From Spirochaetaceae bacterium (GTDB lineage: Bacteria; Spirochaetota; Spirochaetia; PWKH01): a stretch of 64,000 bases of DNA. The notes below the pieces were generated by a model, which worked only from the letters and a program-made list of their open reading frames with translations, made no database searches and was not told the origin of the DNA. This document shows positions 1 to 9,370 of the stretch, one piece after another. The stretch's first letter is position 1, and each line of letters opens with the position of its first letter. The stretch spans positions 12,857-76,856 of the forward strand of contig PWKH01000184.1 of assembly GCA_003559765.1 (NCBI GenBank), read 5' to 3'. A program made the translations under genes and the position numbers.

Positions 1-567
1 CTGCTGGGCAGTTTCCAGAGCGAAAACTGCGCCATGGCCCTCGCCATGCTGGATCAGCTTCATTTGATAACCGCACCTGAGGCCAGAAAACAGGCTATAA
101 CAGGAATTTCCGCGACGATGCTCCCGGGAAGGATGGAGCTGCTGACCAATTCGGTGAACATAGTCATTGACGGAGCCCATACCCGGCGCTCAATCGATCG
201 GGTGATCACTTCATACCGCGAACTGTTTCCCAGGGGAGGTTCGGTAATATTCGGGGCCGTTTCCGGAAAAGACCATACCGCCATGGCTGAATCCATTCTT
301 CGGCATTTTGACCGGATTGTGGTCTCCACCCCGGGTACCTTCAAGCCCAGCAGTCCCCGGGAGCTCTACGAACTGTTTACCAGCACCGCCCATGTCATGC
401 TTGCTGAAGGAGAGCGTCAGTCCCCTCCGATTGTGCTTTTCGAGCCGGATCCCGGTGAGGCGGTAAAACGCGCCTCGGATCTGATTTTCGATGGTGAAGG
501 GATTCTCGTTACCGGTTCCTTCTACATGGCCGCAGAAATCCGGGACCGGTACATACAGGGAGGGTAG
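1..567 (+). CDS. folC: Folylpolyglutamate synthase/dihydrofolate synthase (Mur-ligase C-terminal part; 5' end outside window)
   Basis: Frame continuous from nt 1; C-terminal Mur ligase/FolC-like sequence (GRMELL...IDGAHT); ends TAG 565-567 immediately before next gene. Confidence 0.7.
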   Translation: MLGSFQSENCAMALAMLDQLHLITAPEARKQAITGISATMLPGRMELLTNSVNIVIDGAHTRRSIDRVITSYRELFPRGGSVIFGAVSGKDHTAMAESILRHFDRIVVSTPGTFKPSSPRELYELFTSTAHVMLAEGERQSPPIVLFEPDPGEAVKRASDLIFDGEGILVTGSFYMAAEIRDRYIQGG

Positions 568-570
568 CAT

Positions 571-1134
571 ATGACTGAACTGATACCTGAGAAATTCTAT
601 GTCTGTACCGGAGATATCACCAAAATCCAGGCGGATGCGGTGGTCAACGCTGCGAATTCGTCCCTCCTCGGAGGCGGCGGGGTTGACGGTGCGATCCATG
701 CGGCAGGGGGCAGAACCATTCTGGCTGCCTGCAGACAGCTGAGGGAGATCCGGTATCCCGACGGACTTCCTCCAGGCGCCGCAGCGGCAACCACCGCCGG
801 TCGGCTGAGAGCTACCTGGGTGATCCACACCGTAGGTCCGGTATGGAAGGACGGCACCCGCGGAGAGCCTGAGCTGCTGGAATCCGCCTACCGCAGCAGC
901 ACAGCCGAGGCACAGCGGCTCGGCTGCGGCACCGTCGCATTCCCGGCAGTTTCCACGGGGGCCTACGGGTTTCCGAAGAAACTGGCTGCAGAGATTGTCT
1001 GGAGGACTCTGTCGGAAATTATCACCGAAAACCCCGGAAGCATCAGGAAGATATATCTCGTATTCTTCGCCGCAAAGGACGAGGAGCTCTTCGTGAAAAC
1101 CGTCCGGTCACTGGGAGGATACGCATGTCCCTGA
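571..1134 (+). CDS. Macro domain protein (O-acetyl-ADP-ribose deacetylase-like)
   Basis: Motif ITKIQADAVVNAANSSLLGGGGVDGAIHAAGG typical of macro/YmdB family; RBS GGGAGGG before ATG. Confidence 0.85.
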   Translation: MTELIPEKFYVCTGDITKIQADAVVNAANSSLLGGGGVDGAIHAAGGRTILAACRQLREIRYPDGLPPGAAAATTAGRLRATWVIHTVGPVWKDGTRGEPELLESAYRSSTAEAQRLGCGTVAFPAVSTGAYGFPKKLAAEIVWRTLSEIITENPGSIRKIYLVFFAAKDEELFVKTVRSLGGYACP

Positions 1135-2555
1135 ACTGGCGGGAAATCGATTTGATCCTCAATGAACTTCATCTCGAAGGCGCCCGAATCCAGAAGGTGC
1201 AGCAGCCTGATTTCCATACCCTGCTGCTTGAACTCTATCATCCCGAACCGGGACGGTACACCCTGCTGATAGATCTCTCCCAGCAGGGCTGCCGTCTTCA
1301 TCGGCTCCACCACCGCAAGCAGGCAACGATCCGGCAGAAGCATCAACGCTACGTGCAGCTGCTCCGGTCGAAAATCACCGGGGGGAAGATTACCGGAGCT
1401 GAACAGATCCACCAGGACCGGATTGTGCAGTTCATTATAGAACACCGGGGGACGGTCTACTATCTCTATGCCCGTCTCTGGGGGAGCGCAGCGAATATGC
1501 TGCTGTGCAGCCGGGACCATACCATCCTGGATGCCTTCTATCGGAGACCGGGGAAACATGAGCAGTCCGGTGACTCCTATAATCCCCGAAAGGAGGCGCA
1601 GCCGCATCACAAGCAGGAGTTCACTCCCCGGGAACGCAGTGACGGCGAGTCCTTCAATGAGCAGATTTCCCGGGAGTATTATGAGAAGGAGCTTCGGGAG
1701 CATATCCGCCGGCTCAGCACCCAGGCTGAATCCTACCTCGGAGGCAAGGAGTCAAAGCTGCTCTCCCGGCTTTCGGGGATGCAGCGGCAGTCGAGCATTG
1801 AAGGAGGCGAGCGGACCCGGGAGCTTGCTGATCTGCTTGCGGCGAATATTCACCGAATTGAGCCGAAGAGCACCTCAGTGACGGTGGAGGATTTCTATCA
1901 CGGGAACAGGCCTGTTGAAATCCCCCTTGACCCCTCTGTTCCTGCGGGAAAGCAGGTTGAAGCGCTCTATCAGCAGTTCCAGAAGGAGCAGCGGACCCGG
2001 GAGCACCGGGAACAGGAGCTGGGAAATCTCGAGCGGCAGCTTGACGATTTAGCCGCCCAGCGGACCTTTCTGCTGGAGGAGTGGGAGAATCTTGAGGCCC
2101 AGCGGGAGGCCTTAAGCACCTTTATTGCCTCTGAATCCGGAGTTTCCACCGTTACCAGGGCGGGCGAGCGCATCCCGGGACTTCAGTTCCGCTCCGGTCC
2201 CTTCGTGATCCTGGTGGGAAGAACTGCCAGGGAGAACGATGAACTGCTGAGAAACTACACCCGGGGCAATGACTACTGGCTCCACGCCCGGGATTATCCC
2301 GGGGGATATGTGTTTATAAAATTTCTGAAGGGGAAAACCGTTCCACTGGACACCCTCCTGGATGCGGGGAACCTCGCCCTTTACTTTTCCAAAGCAAAGA
2401 AAAGCGGAAAAGCGGATCTCTATGTCGCCCAGGTGAAGCACCTGCGGCGGGCGAAGCACGGGAAGCTGGGCACGGTGATCCCTACCCAGGAAAAGAATCT
2501 TTTTGTCGAGCTTGATCACACACGGCTGAAGCGGCTGCTGGGAGGCACTCCATGA
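1125..2555 (+). CDS. NFACT/DUF814 family protein (RqcH/FbpA-like)
   Basis: C-terminal GPFVILVGRTARENDELL...YWLHARDYPGGYVFIKF resembles NFACT-R/DUF814; coiled-coil middle; start overlaps upstream stop. Confidence 0.65.
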   Translation: MSLNWREIDLILNELHLEGARIQKVQQPDFHTLLLELYHPEPGRYTLLIDLSQQGCRLHRLHHRKQATIRQKHQRYVQLLRSKITGGKITGAEQIHQDRIVQFIIEHRGTVYYLYARLWGSAANMLLCSRDHTILDAFYRRPGKHEQSGDSYNPRKEAQPHHKQEFTPRERSDGESFNEQISREYYEKELREHIRRLSTQAESYLGGKESKLLSRLSGMQRQSSIEGGERTRELADLLAANIHRIEPKSTSVTVEDFYHGNRPVEIPLDPSVPAGKQVEALYQQFQKEQRTREHREQELGNLERQLDDLAAQRTFLLEEWENLEAQREALSTFIASESGVSTVTRAGERIPGLQFRSGPFVILVGRTARENDELLRNYTRGNDYWLHARDYPGGYVFIKFLKGKTVPLDTLLDAGNLALYFSKAKKSGKADLYVAQVKHLRRAKHGKLGTVIPTQEKNLFVELDHTRLKRLLGGTP

Positions 2556-3334
2556 ATCACATTCCCCTCGGACCTGACATGTTCTATCCGGCTGATCCGG
2601 AGATTCTCCGGAGTCTCGTTTCCCGGCAGCTGAACACATATCCCCGGGGAACCTCCCCGGCAGTCATAGTACCCCACGGCCAGTATGAGATCACCGCACC
2701 GGTGCTGGCGGCCGCATGGGCGGCCGCAGCGGATTTTCAGCCCCGGCAGCTGGTTCTGCTGCTTCCGGTCCACACCCCTGAAAGCCCCGAGGAACAGGGA
2801 ATCTATCATCCGGGAATTGAGGTGATCAATTCCCCTCTGGGTTCCCACCGGGTAATCGGGAGTGACCTGGCGCCTATCCGCGGGCGGTATCTTGAGGAGG
2901 AGCCCGCTCTGGATAACTCCCTCCCCTTTATATCCCTGCTCTTCGGTGATGTTCCGGTGCTTCCGCTGTTTGTCAGCGGAAGCACCAGCAGGATCGCAGA
3001 CAGACTTGCAGAACTGCTCAGGCAGTTCCGTCAGGAAAAAACCCTCTTTGCAGTCAGCACAAATCTCACCGGGCTGGCTGACGAGGACATCGCAAACCGG
3101 CAGGCGGAGGAGATCAGCAGGCTGCTGACGGCTCCCGGAGAGAGCAAGCCTCACCTGCCCCTCCTGGAGCCGCTTCGCACCCGGCAGATCGCTCCGTGCA
3201 ATCCCGCAGCTCTGGAAGCGCTGCGCAGAAGCGGAATCACTGATTCTCCTTACCGGCTTGCCGCTCAACAGCCCAGTCAGGACCTGTCGGGTAAGCGGGT
3301 CTGGTACGGAGGATTGTTTCATCCGGAGCGGTAA
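2552..3334 (+). CDS. MEMO1/AmmeMemoRadiSam system protein B-like
   Basis: VIVPHGQYEI...AAAW pattern and about 260 aa size resemble MEMO1 family; ATGA overlap with upstream gene. Confidence 0.45.
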   Translation: MNHIPLGPDMFYPADPEILRSLVSRQLNTYPRGTSPAVIVPHGQYEITAPVLAAAWAAAADFQPRQLVLLLPVHTPESPEEQGIYHPGIEVINSPLGSHRVIGSDLAPIRGRYLEEEPALDNSLPFISLLFGDVPVLPLFVSGSTSRIADRLAELLRQFRQEKTLFAVSTNLTGLADEDIANRQAEEISRLLTAPGESKPHLPLLEPLRTRQIAPCNPAALEALRRSGITDSPYRLAAQQPSQDLSGKRVWYGGLFHPER

Positions 3335-3408
3335 TAAAAACCCGCAGTAGACGATTTCATGAAAATGCATGTATCATACAGTGAGAACAAAAAAAATCGA
3401 GGGCTGAT

Positions 3409-4785
3409 ATGCACGAAAGAACTTTTACCTTTTCCCACGATAACAAAAAAAAGACGGCAATCCCCCTGGCGCCGGATTCAGTTTCCCTTTCCAGGGGCAT
3501 GTTCCAGGGCGGCAAGGTTCCGGGGTATCTGGTCACCGGAGACGGGGTGAGCCCCTGGTACTGGGAAGGCATCCAGACGACAAACGGCATGCGCTGCATC
3601 TACACCGAGACGGAGAACCTGCATCCCCTCTCCATGATATTCGACACCAATCTCTCGGCAGCTACACGGATCGATCTCTATCTGATGCTTCTCACCCGGC
3701 TCGATCAGGCAGCCCGGGAGCTGAAGCATCCCTGGTTTGCAAAGGGATTTCCCCTGTGTTCAATCTGGCTGATTCCGAGTTCAGGAATATTAATTCTGCC
3801 TGAGCCGATTGCAGAGATCATGATGAACTCCGTCTCTGAATCCCGGCGGTATGCTCTCAAGCAGGAGTGGGTCCACCCGAAGGCACCCGCAGGGCAGGAA
3901 TGGCTCTACCAGATGATCACCCTGTTCTACGCCCTGGTTACCAATGTCAGCCCCTTCGCCGATGAGCGCATCAGGGAAGCAGGATATGACCCCCTGCCGC
4001 TGTGGACCCTCCGCCCCTCGGTGAGCGACGATTTTTCCTCAGGCATCATGAGCTGGATTAAGCTGGAGGAGGCCCTGCCCGATGCAGCCGGGCTGGCAGA
4101 ACGGATCCGGGAGGAGAAACCCCGAATTACTGCTACAGCCCCATCAGTCCGGTATGAAGCCGCAGAATCCTGCAGACAGCAGCATCAGCGCAAAGTTGAT
4201 AAACGCTCCAGGCAGCGGGTTTTCTTAAGAAAGCACGGGGTCAAACTGGGGCTGGCCGTCGCGGCGGCGGTCATTATCGGGGCTATGGCGGTAAACTGGA
4301 TCATTGAAGCTGCAAAACCGCCGATTCACGAAGGACTTGAGCCGATTGAGGTGGTGACGCTGTTCTATGACCTCCAGGATGAACTGAGGCTTGATACATA
4401 TCAGCAGCTGTTGACCAAGACAGCAGAAAATGTCCGGGAGAACCAGCTGGTGTATATGCATGTTAGCAATGCCATGCGGCAGGCCTACGGGGGAGGAGAG
4501 TTGCTTCCCGCCAGACAGTGGGTTGCAGACGGGAAGCCGGATCTTCCTCCTGAAACTGCCGTGTACGGCATTACGGATCTGGAAATTGAGCAGATCGGCG
4601 AGCTGGAATTCACAGCTGAGTTCATTCTCTGGCATCCCGATTCCCCGCCTGATGAGGTGACTGAGCCGGAGCATGCCCTGGTGACAGGCATCCAGTTTTT
4701 CGAGCAGCTGCAGCTGGAGGACCACGGATCCTACTACATGATCAGCCGCATCAGTGTTCTTGACCAGGAGCCAGTGATCGAATAG
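3409..4785 (+). CDS. Hypothetical protein with one central transmembrane helix
   Basis: 458-aa ORF with coding-like composition; hydrophobic helix LGLAVAAAVIIGAMAVNWII; no family recognised. Confidence 0.45.
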   Translation: MHERTFTFSHDNKKKTAIPLAPDSVSLSRGMFQGGKVPGYLVTGDGVSPWYWEGIQTTNGMRCIYTETENLHPLSMIFDTNLSAATRIDLYLMLLTRLDQAARELKHPWFAKGFPLCSIWLIPSSGILILPEPIAEIMMNSVSESRRYALKQEWVHPKAPAGQEWLYQMITLFYALVTNVSPFADERIREAGYDPLPLWTLRPSVSDDFSSGIMSWIKLEEALPDAAGLAERIREEKPRITATAPSVRYEAAESCRQQHQRKVDKRSRQRVFLRKHGVKLGLAVAAAVIIGAMAVNWIIEAAKPPIHEGLEPIEVVTLFYDLQDELRLDTYQQLLTKTAENVRENQLVYMHVSNAMRQAYGGGELLPARQWVADGKPDLPPETAVYGITDLEIEQIGELEFTAEFILWHPDSPPDEVTEPEHALVTGIQFFEQLQLEDHGSYYMISRISVLDQEPVIE

Positions 4786-5716
4786 CCTTCCGCTCATCGG
4801 GGTGAAGCCAGTGCACCCCCGGAAGGTTTCGGAAAAAGGTCATCTGCTGTTTTGCGTATCTTTTGCTGTTCTCGGCAATCTCCCGGGCAAGCATCGCGAG
4901 GGACTGTTCCCCCGAATCCCGGAAAACGAAAAACTCCCGGTATCCGATTCCCTTCATCCCCGGCCAGGAAGGGGAGGCCCCCTGGCTCAGAAGCTGCTGC
5001 AGTTCCTGGTAGAGCCCTTCGGCAAACATGCACCGCACCCGTCTGTCTATCCGGGCATGGAGGTCTTTCTGATCCCGCCAAAGGCCGATGGTCACCGGGT
5101 CGATGTGTTCCCGGATGTTCTCTCGGATCCGATACGCCGACAGGGGACGGCCGGAGGAATCATATACTTCCAGGGCCCGCAGAATCCGGTGAGCATCCTC
5201 CGGACTGATGCGGCGGGCGCTTTCAGGGTCTCTCTGCTTCAGCCGCTCAAACATCCGGGGCAGTCCTTCGCGCTCAAGCTCTGCCTGGAGGGTACGCCGC
5301 AGATCGGCATCCGCCTTCGGCGTACCCGGCAGTCCGAAAAGGAAATGCTTGAAGTAGTAGGCCGTTCCTCCTGACAGTATCGGAATATTCCCCCGGCGGG
5401 TTACTGCCTGCATGCATGAGTCGGCCAGACGGACAAAGTCGCCTACCTGAAACTGCTCAAAGGGCTCTCTGATGTCAATAAGATGGTGGGGAACGGCAGA
5501 TCGCTCCCGGGCATCAGGTTTTGCCGTACCGATGTCAAGTCCGCGGTAGACCTGCATGGAATCGGCACTGATCACCTCATACCCGGAAGAAAACTCCTGG
5601 ATTAGGATCTCGGTCTTTCCTACTCCCGTCGGTCCGAAGAGCAGGAGCACCGGGTGCTTGACTTTATTCCGATTTATCGAAAAAGTATTCGACACGATTC
5701 TCCAGCACCTGAGCAA
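4751..5716 (-). CDS. miaA: tRNA dimethylallyltransferase
   Basis: P-loop LLLFGPTGVGKT and DSMQVYRGLDIGTAKP motifs; annotated start is TTG and overlaps rpoZ, so the true start may be the internal GTG (about 5650). Confidence 0.8.
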   Translation of the reverse strand: MLRCWRIVSNTFSINRNKVKHPVLLLFGPTGVGKTEILIQEFSSGYEVISADSMQVYRGLDIGTAKPDARERSAVPHHLIDIREPFEQFQVGDFVRLADSCMQAVTRRGNIPILSGGTAYYFKHFLFGLPGTPKADADLRRTLQAELEREGLPRMFERLKQRDPESARRISPEDAHRILRALEVYDSSGRPLSAYRIRENIREHIDPVTIGLWRDQKDLHARIDRRVRCMFAEGLYQELQQLLSQGASPSWPGMKGIGYREFFVFRDSGEQSLAMLAREIAENSKRYAKQQMTFFRNLPGVHWLHPDERKAIRSLAPGQEH

Positions 5717-5879
5717 TAGAGAGGGAGACTACCTTGAAGTCATGCAGTTCCAGTTCCTCGTCTCCGTACTTGGTGACAAACGCAGCCCGTTTGATGGCAA
5801 CACAGGTAAGCTCATATATATTATCATCCCGGTTGATCAGTTTTTCCAATGGAATTGCCAACGCTGTACCTCCGAACAA
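5664..5879 (-). CDS. rpoZ: DNA-directed RNA polymerase subunit omega (probable)
   Basis: 71 aa; DNIYELTCVAIKRAAF resembles omega motif NRFELV..A.KRARQL; upstream of miaA. Confidence 0.5.
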   Translation of the reverse strand: MFGGTALAIPLEKLINRDDNIYELTCVAIKRAAFVTKYGDEELELHDFKVVSLSIAQVLENRVEYFFDKSE

Positions 5880-5927
5880 GATTTGTATGCAGTATAGATT
5901 ATTTCCTGCAGTCGTGTAAAGCAGGAA

Positions 5928-6464
5928 TCACCCCTGTCTTCCTGTCCGCTGCTCAAACGCCCAGATGATCATCCGGGCGGCATCATGCTGATCGCAGTGG
6001 TCGGTATCGATGATGAGATCAGCGATGCTGAGGTCGGCGGTGTCAATCCCGTAAATCCGTCTGTACCGCCGCTCGTCCCGCTCATCCCGCCGAAGGGTTT
6101 CCTCCAGCTTTTCCTCAAAACTCCCCCCCTCCCGCTTCATTATCCGCCGGGCGCGCACTTCCGGAGAAGCCTTCAGATACACCTTCAGATCAGCATCTTC
6201 AAGCAGCCAGACGGCAAGCCGGGATCCGAGGACGCAGCTGCCGCGGCCTGCTAGCTCCACCTGCCTGCGGTCAAGAAGTTTATCGTAGGAGTCGTCCTCC
6301 TCAGCTCTGCCGGAGAGTTCCTCAAAGGTGAGGCCCAAATCCTCCGCCAGGGTACGGAAGGTGTAGTTGATCATCTCAAATCCGAGCACCTCGGCCACCA
6401 GCCGGCTGACGGTGGTATTTCCGCATCCGCTTCTTCCCGAAATGGCTATTGTATTATTCGACAT
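5928..6464 (-). CDS. cmk: Cytidylate kinase family protein (short archaeal-type CMP kinase)
   Basis: IAISGRSGCGNTTVSRLVAEVLG P-loop; overall match to short Cmk family. Confidence 0.8.
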   Translation of the reverse strand: MSNNTIAISGRSGCGNTTVSRLVAEVLGFEMINYTFRTLAEDLGLTFEELSGRAEEDDSYDKLLDRRQVELAGRGSCVLGSRLAVWLLEDADLKVYLKASPEVRARRIMKREGGSFEEKLEETLRRDERDERRYRRIYGIDTADLSIADLIIDTDHCDQHDAARMIIWAFEQRTGRQG

Positions 6465-7320
6465 TACGCAGCTGCTCCCGAATGTTTTCCAGATGGTCCT
6501 TCATCGCCACCACTGCATGGTTTATTTCCGCCATGGTGCTCTTCGATGCGATGGTATTTACTTCCCGGTTGAGTTCCTGACAGAGAAAATCGAGCCGCTT
6601 CCCCACCGGAGCTCCGCCTTCCATCTGGGAGCAGAACTGACTGAGATGGCTTTCGGTGCGCTGTATTTCCTCATTGATCGAATACTTTACCAGCATTACC
6701 GCCGTCTCAGCATAGATCCGCTGCTGGTCATATTCCTCACCGATGAGCTGGCGGAACCGCTCGGTCAACGCCTCCTGAAGCGACTGCTCAAGCGCATCTG
6801 AGCGCTGTTTCACCTGCTCGAAAGCCCGGGTGAAGGACTCAAGCTGCCCGACAATATCCCTTCGGGTGGCCTTCCCCTCGGTCCTCCGGCTCTCCTCAAA
6901 GGCATCCATCATCTCTTCGGTCATTTCAATAATCTGCCGGTCATGGGGGCTTCCCTGCTGGGGATCAACGGGTTTGAGGATTTCCCCGACGGCAGTAAAA
7001 TGTTCGAGCCGCAGCGCATCGTCAATTCCGGTCTCCTTAATAATCGTCCTGAAGGCCCGGGCATACTGCTGCAGCATATGGTGGTCCACATGAATCAGCT
7101 CGCTGCTTTCCAGACATTTGTACCTGATGGTCACATCCACTCGTCCCCGGGATACCCGCTGCTTTATCATATCACGGAGGGGCGGTTCCAGCGCTCCGAG
7201 CACACCGGGAAGATGAAAGTGAATATCAAGATAGCGGTTGTTGCAGGACTTGATCTCCACCGATGCCTGGAACTCCTCATGGAGCAGCTCCCGGCTGGCG
7301 TAGCCGGTCATACTTTTCAT
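6454..7320 (-). CDS. yicC: YicC family stress-induced protein
   Basis: N-terminal MKSMTGYA signature of YicC/DUF1732. Confidence 0.85.
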   Translation of the reverse strand: MKSMTGYASRELLHEEFQASVEIKSCNNRYLDIHFHLPGVLGALEPPLRDMIKQRVSRGRVDVTIRYKCLESSELIHVDHHMLQQYARAFRTIIKETGIDDALRLEHFTAVGEILKPVDPQQGSPHDRQIIEMTEEMMDAFEESRRTEGKATRRDIVGQLESFTRAFEQVKQRSDALEQSLQEALTERFRQLIGEEYDQQRIYAETAVMLVKYSINEEIQRTESHLSQFCSQMEGGAPVGKRLDFLCQELNREVNTIASKSTMAEINHAVVAMKDHLENIREQLRNVE

Positions 7321-8675
7321 TGATTCCTCTCTTGCATTGCATGCAGCAGGGAAAATCCCAGCTGTCTGTTATCTCCTGCACCGAGGGTGAGCATCACATC
7401 ACCCGGCTGCAGAATCGAATGAAGCCAGTGGAACGCCCCGTCATAATCCGGGAAAAACCGGCTGTTTTCAATCAGGTGTGCAAGATCCAGTCCGCTGAGC
7501 CCGTCGGTGCTGTCCTCCTCCCGGCGGGAGCGGTAGATCTCCTGGATGCACACTGCATCCGCTTTTCTGAGCGCCCCGGCGAATTCCTTCAGGAAAAACC
7601 GGGTCCGGGAGATCGTATGGGGCACAAAATCGACCACCAGCCTCCTGCCCGGGGCATACTCCCGCAGCGATTCAATGACGGCGGAAATCTCCGCCGGGTG
7701 ATGGGCGTAGTCATCCATAAACAGCACACCACCTGCTTCACCCAGGGTTTCAAACCGCCTCACCGCCCCCTGATATGAGCATACTGTCTGGATCACCCGT
7801 TCAAGTTCTTCCCTGGTCAGGGACCTCCCTCTCCGATGCTTCATATGCCCGCAGATCCCCAGAACTGCTGACAGCGCATCCTCCCTGATATGCCGCCCAG
7901 GCACGGCGCACCGCGCCGAAATATTCCAGGGGAGGAACAAGCAGGACCCGTCCTGGCGGTTTACCGCCCGATAGCGCTCTCCCGGCACCAGCAGTTCGGC
8001 GGACGTACCGAGGTCAGCATACTTCGGCAGAACCACCGTATGTTCCGCCCGGCGGGCGAAGGCAAGGAAGGCTTCCTCACAGGAGCTCAGGTCGGGAAAG
8101 CAGTCCACATGGTCGTGGTCCATGGAGGTGATTACCGCTGTCCTGGGGCTGTATGCCAGGAAATGACGGCGGTATTCGCAGGCCTCGACTACCAGCATGT
8201 CTGCAGCAGCCGGCATGGGAACACTGGTTCCAATCAGTCCTGCAGCGGTTATGCCCAGGGCTTTCAGCCCCTGCAGGACCATCACTGAGGTGGTCGTCTT
8301 TCCATGGCTTCCGGCCACGCAGAGTGTATCGTACTGCCTTGTCAGTTCAGCTACGGCCTGGGGATAGGATACAACAGGAATCCCTGCCCTCCGGGCTTCT
8401 GCAAGCTCCACGTTGCTTTCCGGATGGTAGGCGGCGGAATACACCACCCGGACGGGAATTAGCTCCCGGATCCGTTCCCGGCTGAACCCGGCATAGACGG
8501 CAATACCTGCATCCTTGAGCCCTTCGGCAGTATAATAGTCGGTGCTGACATCCGAACCGGCCGTCAGGAACCCCTGGGCGGCATAAAATCGGGCGAGATT
8601 TGCCAGCCCCGTCCCGCAGATCCCAACGCAGTACAGGTCTACCTGATGGCTTTCCGACGTCATGGGCCCTTCCAT
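7317..8675 (-). CDS. murC: UDP-N-acetylmuramate--L-alanine ligase (Mur ligase; MurC/Mpl)
   Basis: GICGTGLANLA nucleotide-binding motif, GSHGKTTT, Mur ligase middle/C-terminal domains. Confidence 0.8.
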   Translation of the reverse strand: MEGPMTSESHQVDLYCVGICGTGLANLARFYAAQGFLTAGSDVSTDYYTAEGLKDAGIAVYAGFSRERIRELIPVRVVYSAAYHPESNVELAEARRAGIPVVSYPQAVAELTRQYDTLCVAGSHGKTTTSVMVLQGLKALGITAAGLIGTSVPMPAAADMLVVEACEYRRHFLAYSPRTAVITSMDHDHVDCFPDLSSCEEAFLAFARRAEHTVVLPKYADLGTSAELLVPGERYRAVNRQDGSCLFLPWNISARCAVPGRHIREDALSAVLGICGHMKHRRGRSLTREELERVIQTVCSYQGAVRRFETLGEAGGVLFMDDYAHHPAEISAVIESLREYAPGRRLVVDFVPHTISRTRFFLKEFAGALRKADAVCIQEIYRSRREEDSTDGLSGLDLAHLIENSRFFPDYDGAFHWLHSILQPGDVMLTLGAGDNRQLGFSLLHAMQERNQ

Positions 8676-8733
8676 AAAAAAAGGACGAGGGAAAGGCTGC
8701 TCCCGTCGCCCTGCTCAGAGATCATGCAGCTGC

Positions 8734-8916
8734 TTATGAAGCCTTTTTTGTGCTGTTTTTCTTAGCCGCATCACACTGCTTGCAGATTTTCAGCTTTTTT
8801 TCGCTGATTTCCCGCTCACGCAGCAGCTTGATGCCAGTTCTTTTACACAGCGGGCAGGTACCTCGTGCTCTGCTTACCTGGTCGCGGATTCCTGTACCCC
8901 TATTGGATTTTGCCAT
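8734..8916 (-). CDS. Small zinc-ribbon protein (CxxC...CxxC), hypothetical
   Basis: 60 aa; two CxxC pairs; strong RBS AAGGAG 5 nt before ATG and TTGACT-17-TATAGT promoter upstream. Confidence 0.45.
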   Translation of the reverse strand: MAKSNRGTGIRDQVSRARGTCPLCKRTGIKLLREREISEKKLKICKQCDAAKKNSTKKAS

Positions 8917-8948
8917 AACTGCTCCTTGTCAACTAAATTACCATCGAA

Positions 8949-8977
8949 ACTATATAAACCGAGGGAAAAAAAGTCAA
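8949..8977 (-). promoter_or_regulatory. Sigma70-like promoter TTGACT-17-TATAGT for the small zinc-ribbon gene
   Basis: Hexamers read on minus strand in divergent intergenic region. Confidence 0.35.
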
Positions 8978-9012
8978 TAACTCCCGGGGATGAAAAAATT
9001 TTCCGTCCCGTA

Positions 9013-9042
9013 TTGACAGCCCGGCAATACATACGGTACTAT
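9013..9042 (+). promoter_or_regulatory. Sigma70-like promoter TTGACA-18-TACTAT for yerC-like/trpB
   Basis: Consensus -35 at 9013-9018 and -10 at 9037-9042, about 30 nt before the ATG at 9074. Confidence 0.4.
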
Positions 9043-9073
9043 CTGTTTCTATAAATAGTAACAAGGACATGTT

Positions 9074-9370
9074 ATGAACGATTTAGATGAAGTGATTGAT
9101 GTGTTTACCCGAACCACCAGCCGGGACCGGATGCAGAAACTCTTTGAAGAGCTGTTCACCATGAAGGAGAAATATGATTTCGCCCTGAGATGGCGTCTGA
9201 TGAAGGACCTCTACCGAGGGGTTCATCAGCGGGACATTGCCCACGACCTGGGAATCAGCCTGTGCAAGATCACCCGGGGCTCAAAAATTCTCAAGCAGGA
9301 AGATTCAGCCTGCAAACAAATTTTCAAGGAGTCAGCATATGAGTATGGAGAACCAGAAACAGACAATTGA
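9074..9370 (+). CDS. TrpR-like YerC/YecD family protein
   Basis: HTH region [22 protein letters not shown] matches YerC/YecD (Trp repressor-like) family; directly upstream of and overlapping trpB. Confidence 0.7.
   Translation: MNDLDEVIDVFTRTTSRDRMQKLFEELFTMKEKYDFALRWRLMKDLYRGVHQRDIAHDLGISLCKITRGSKILKQEDSACKQIFKESAYEYGEPETDN

Noticed and set aside
2516-3370. 284-aa ORF antisense to MEMO-like gene and 9543-10316 antisense to trpB
   Set aside because: Same reasoning; trpB in particular is unequivocal on the plus strand.
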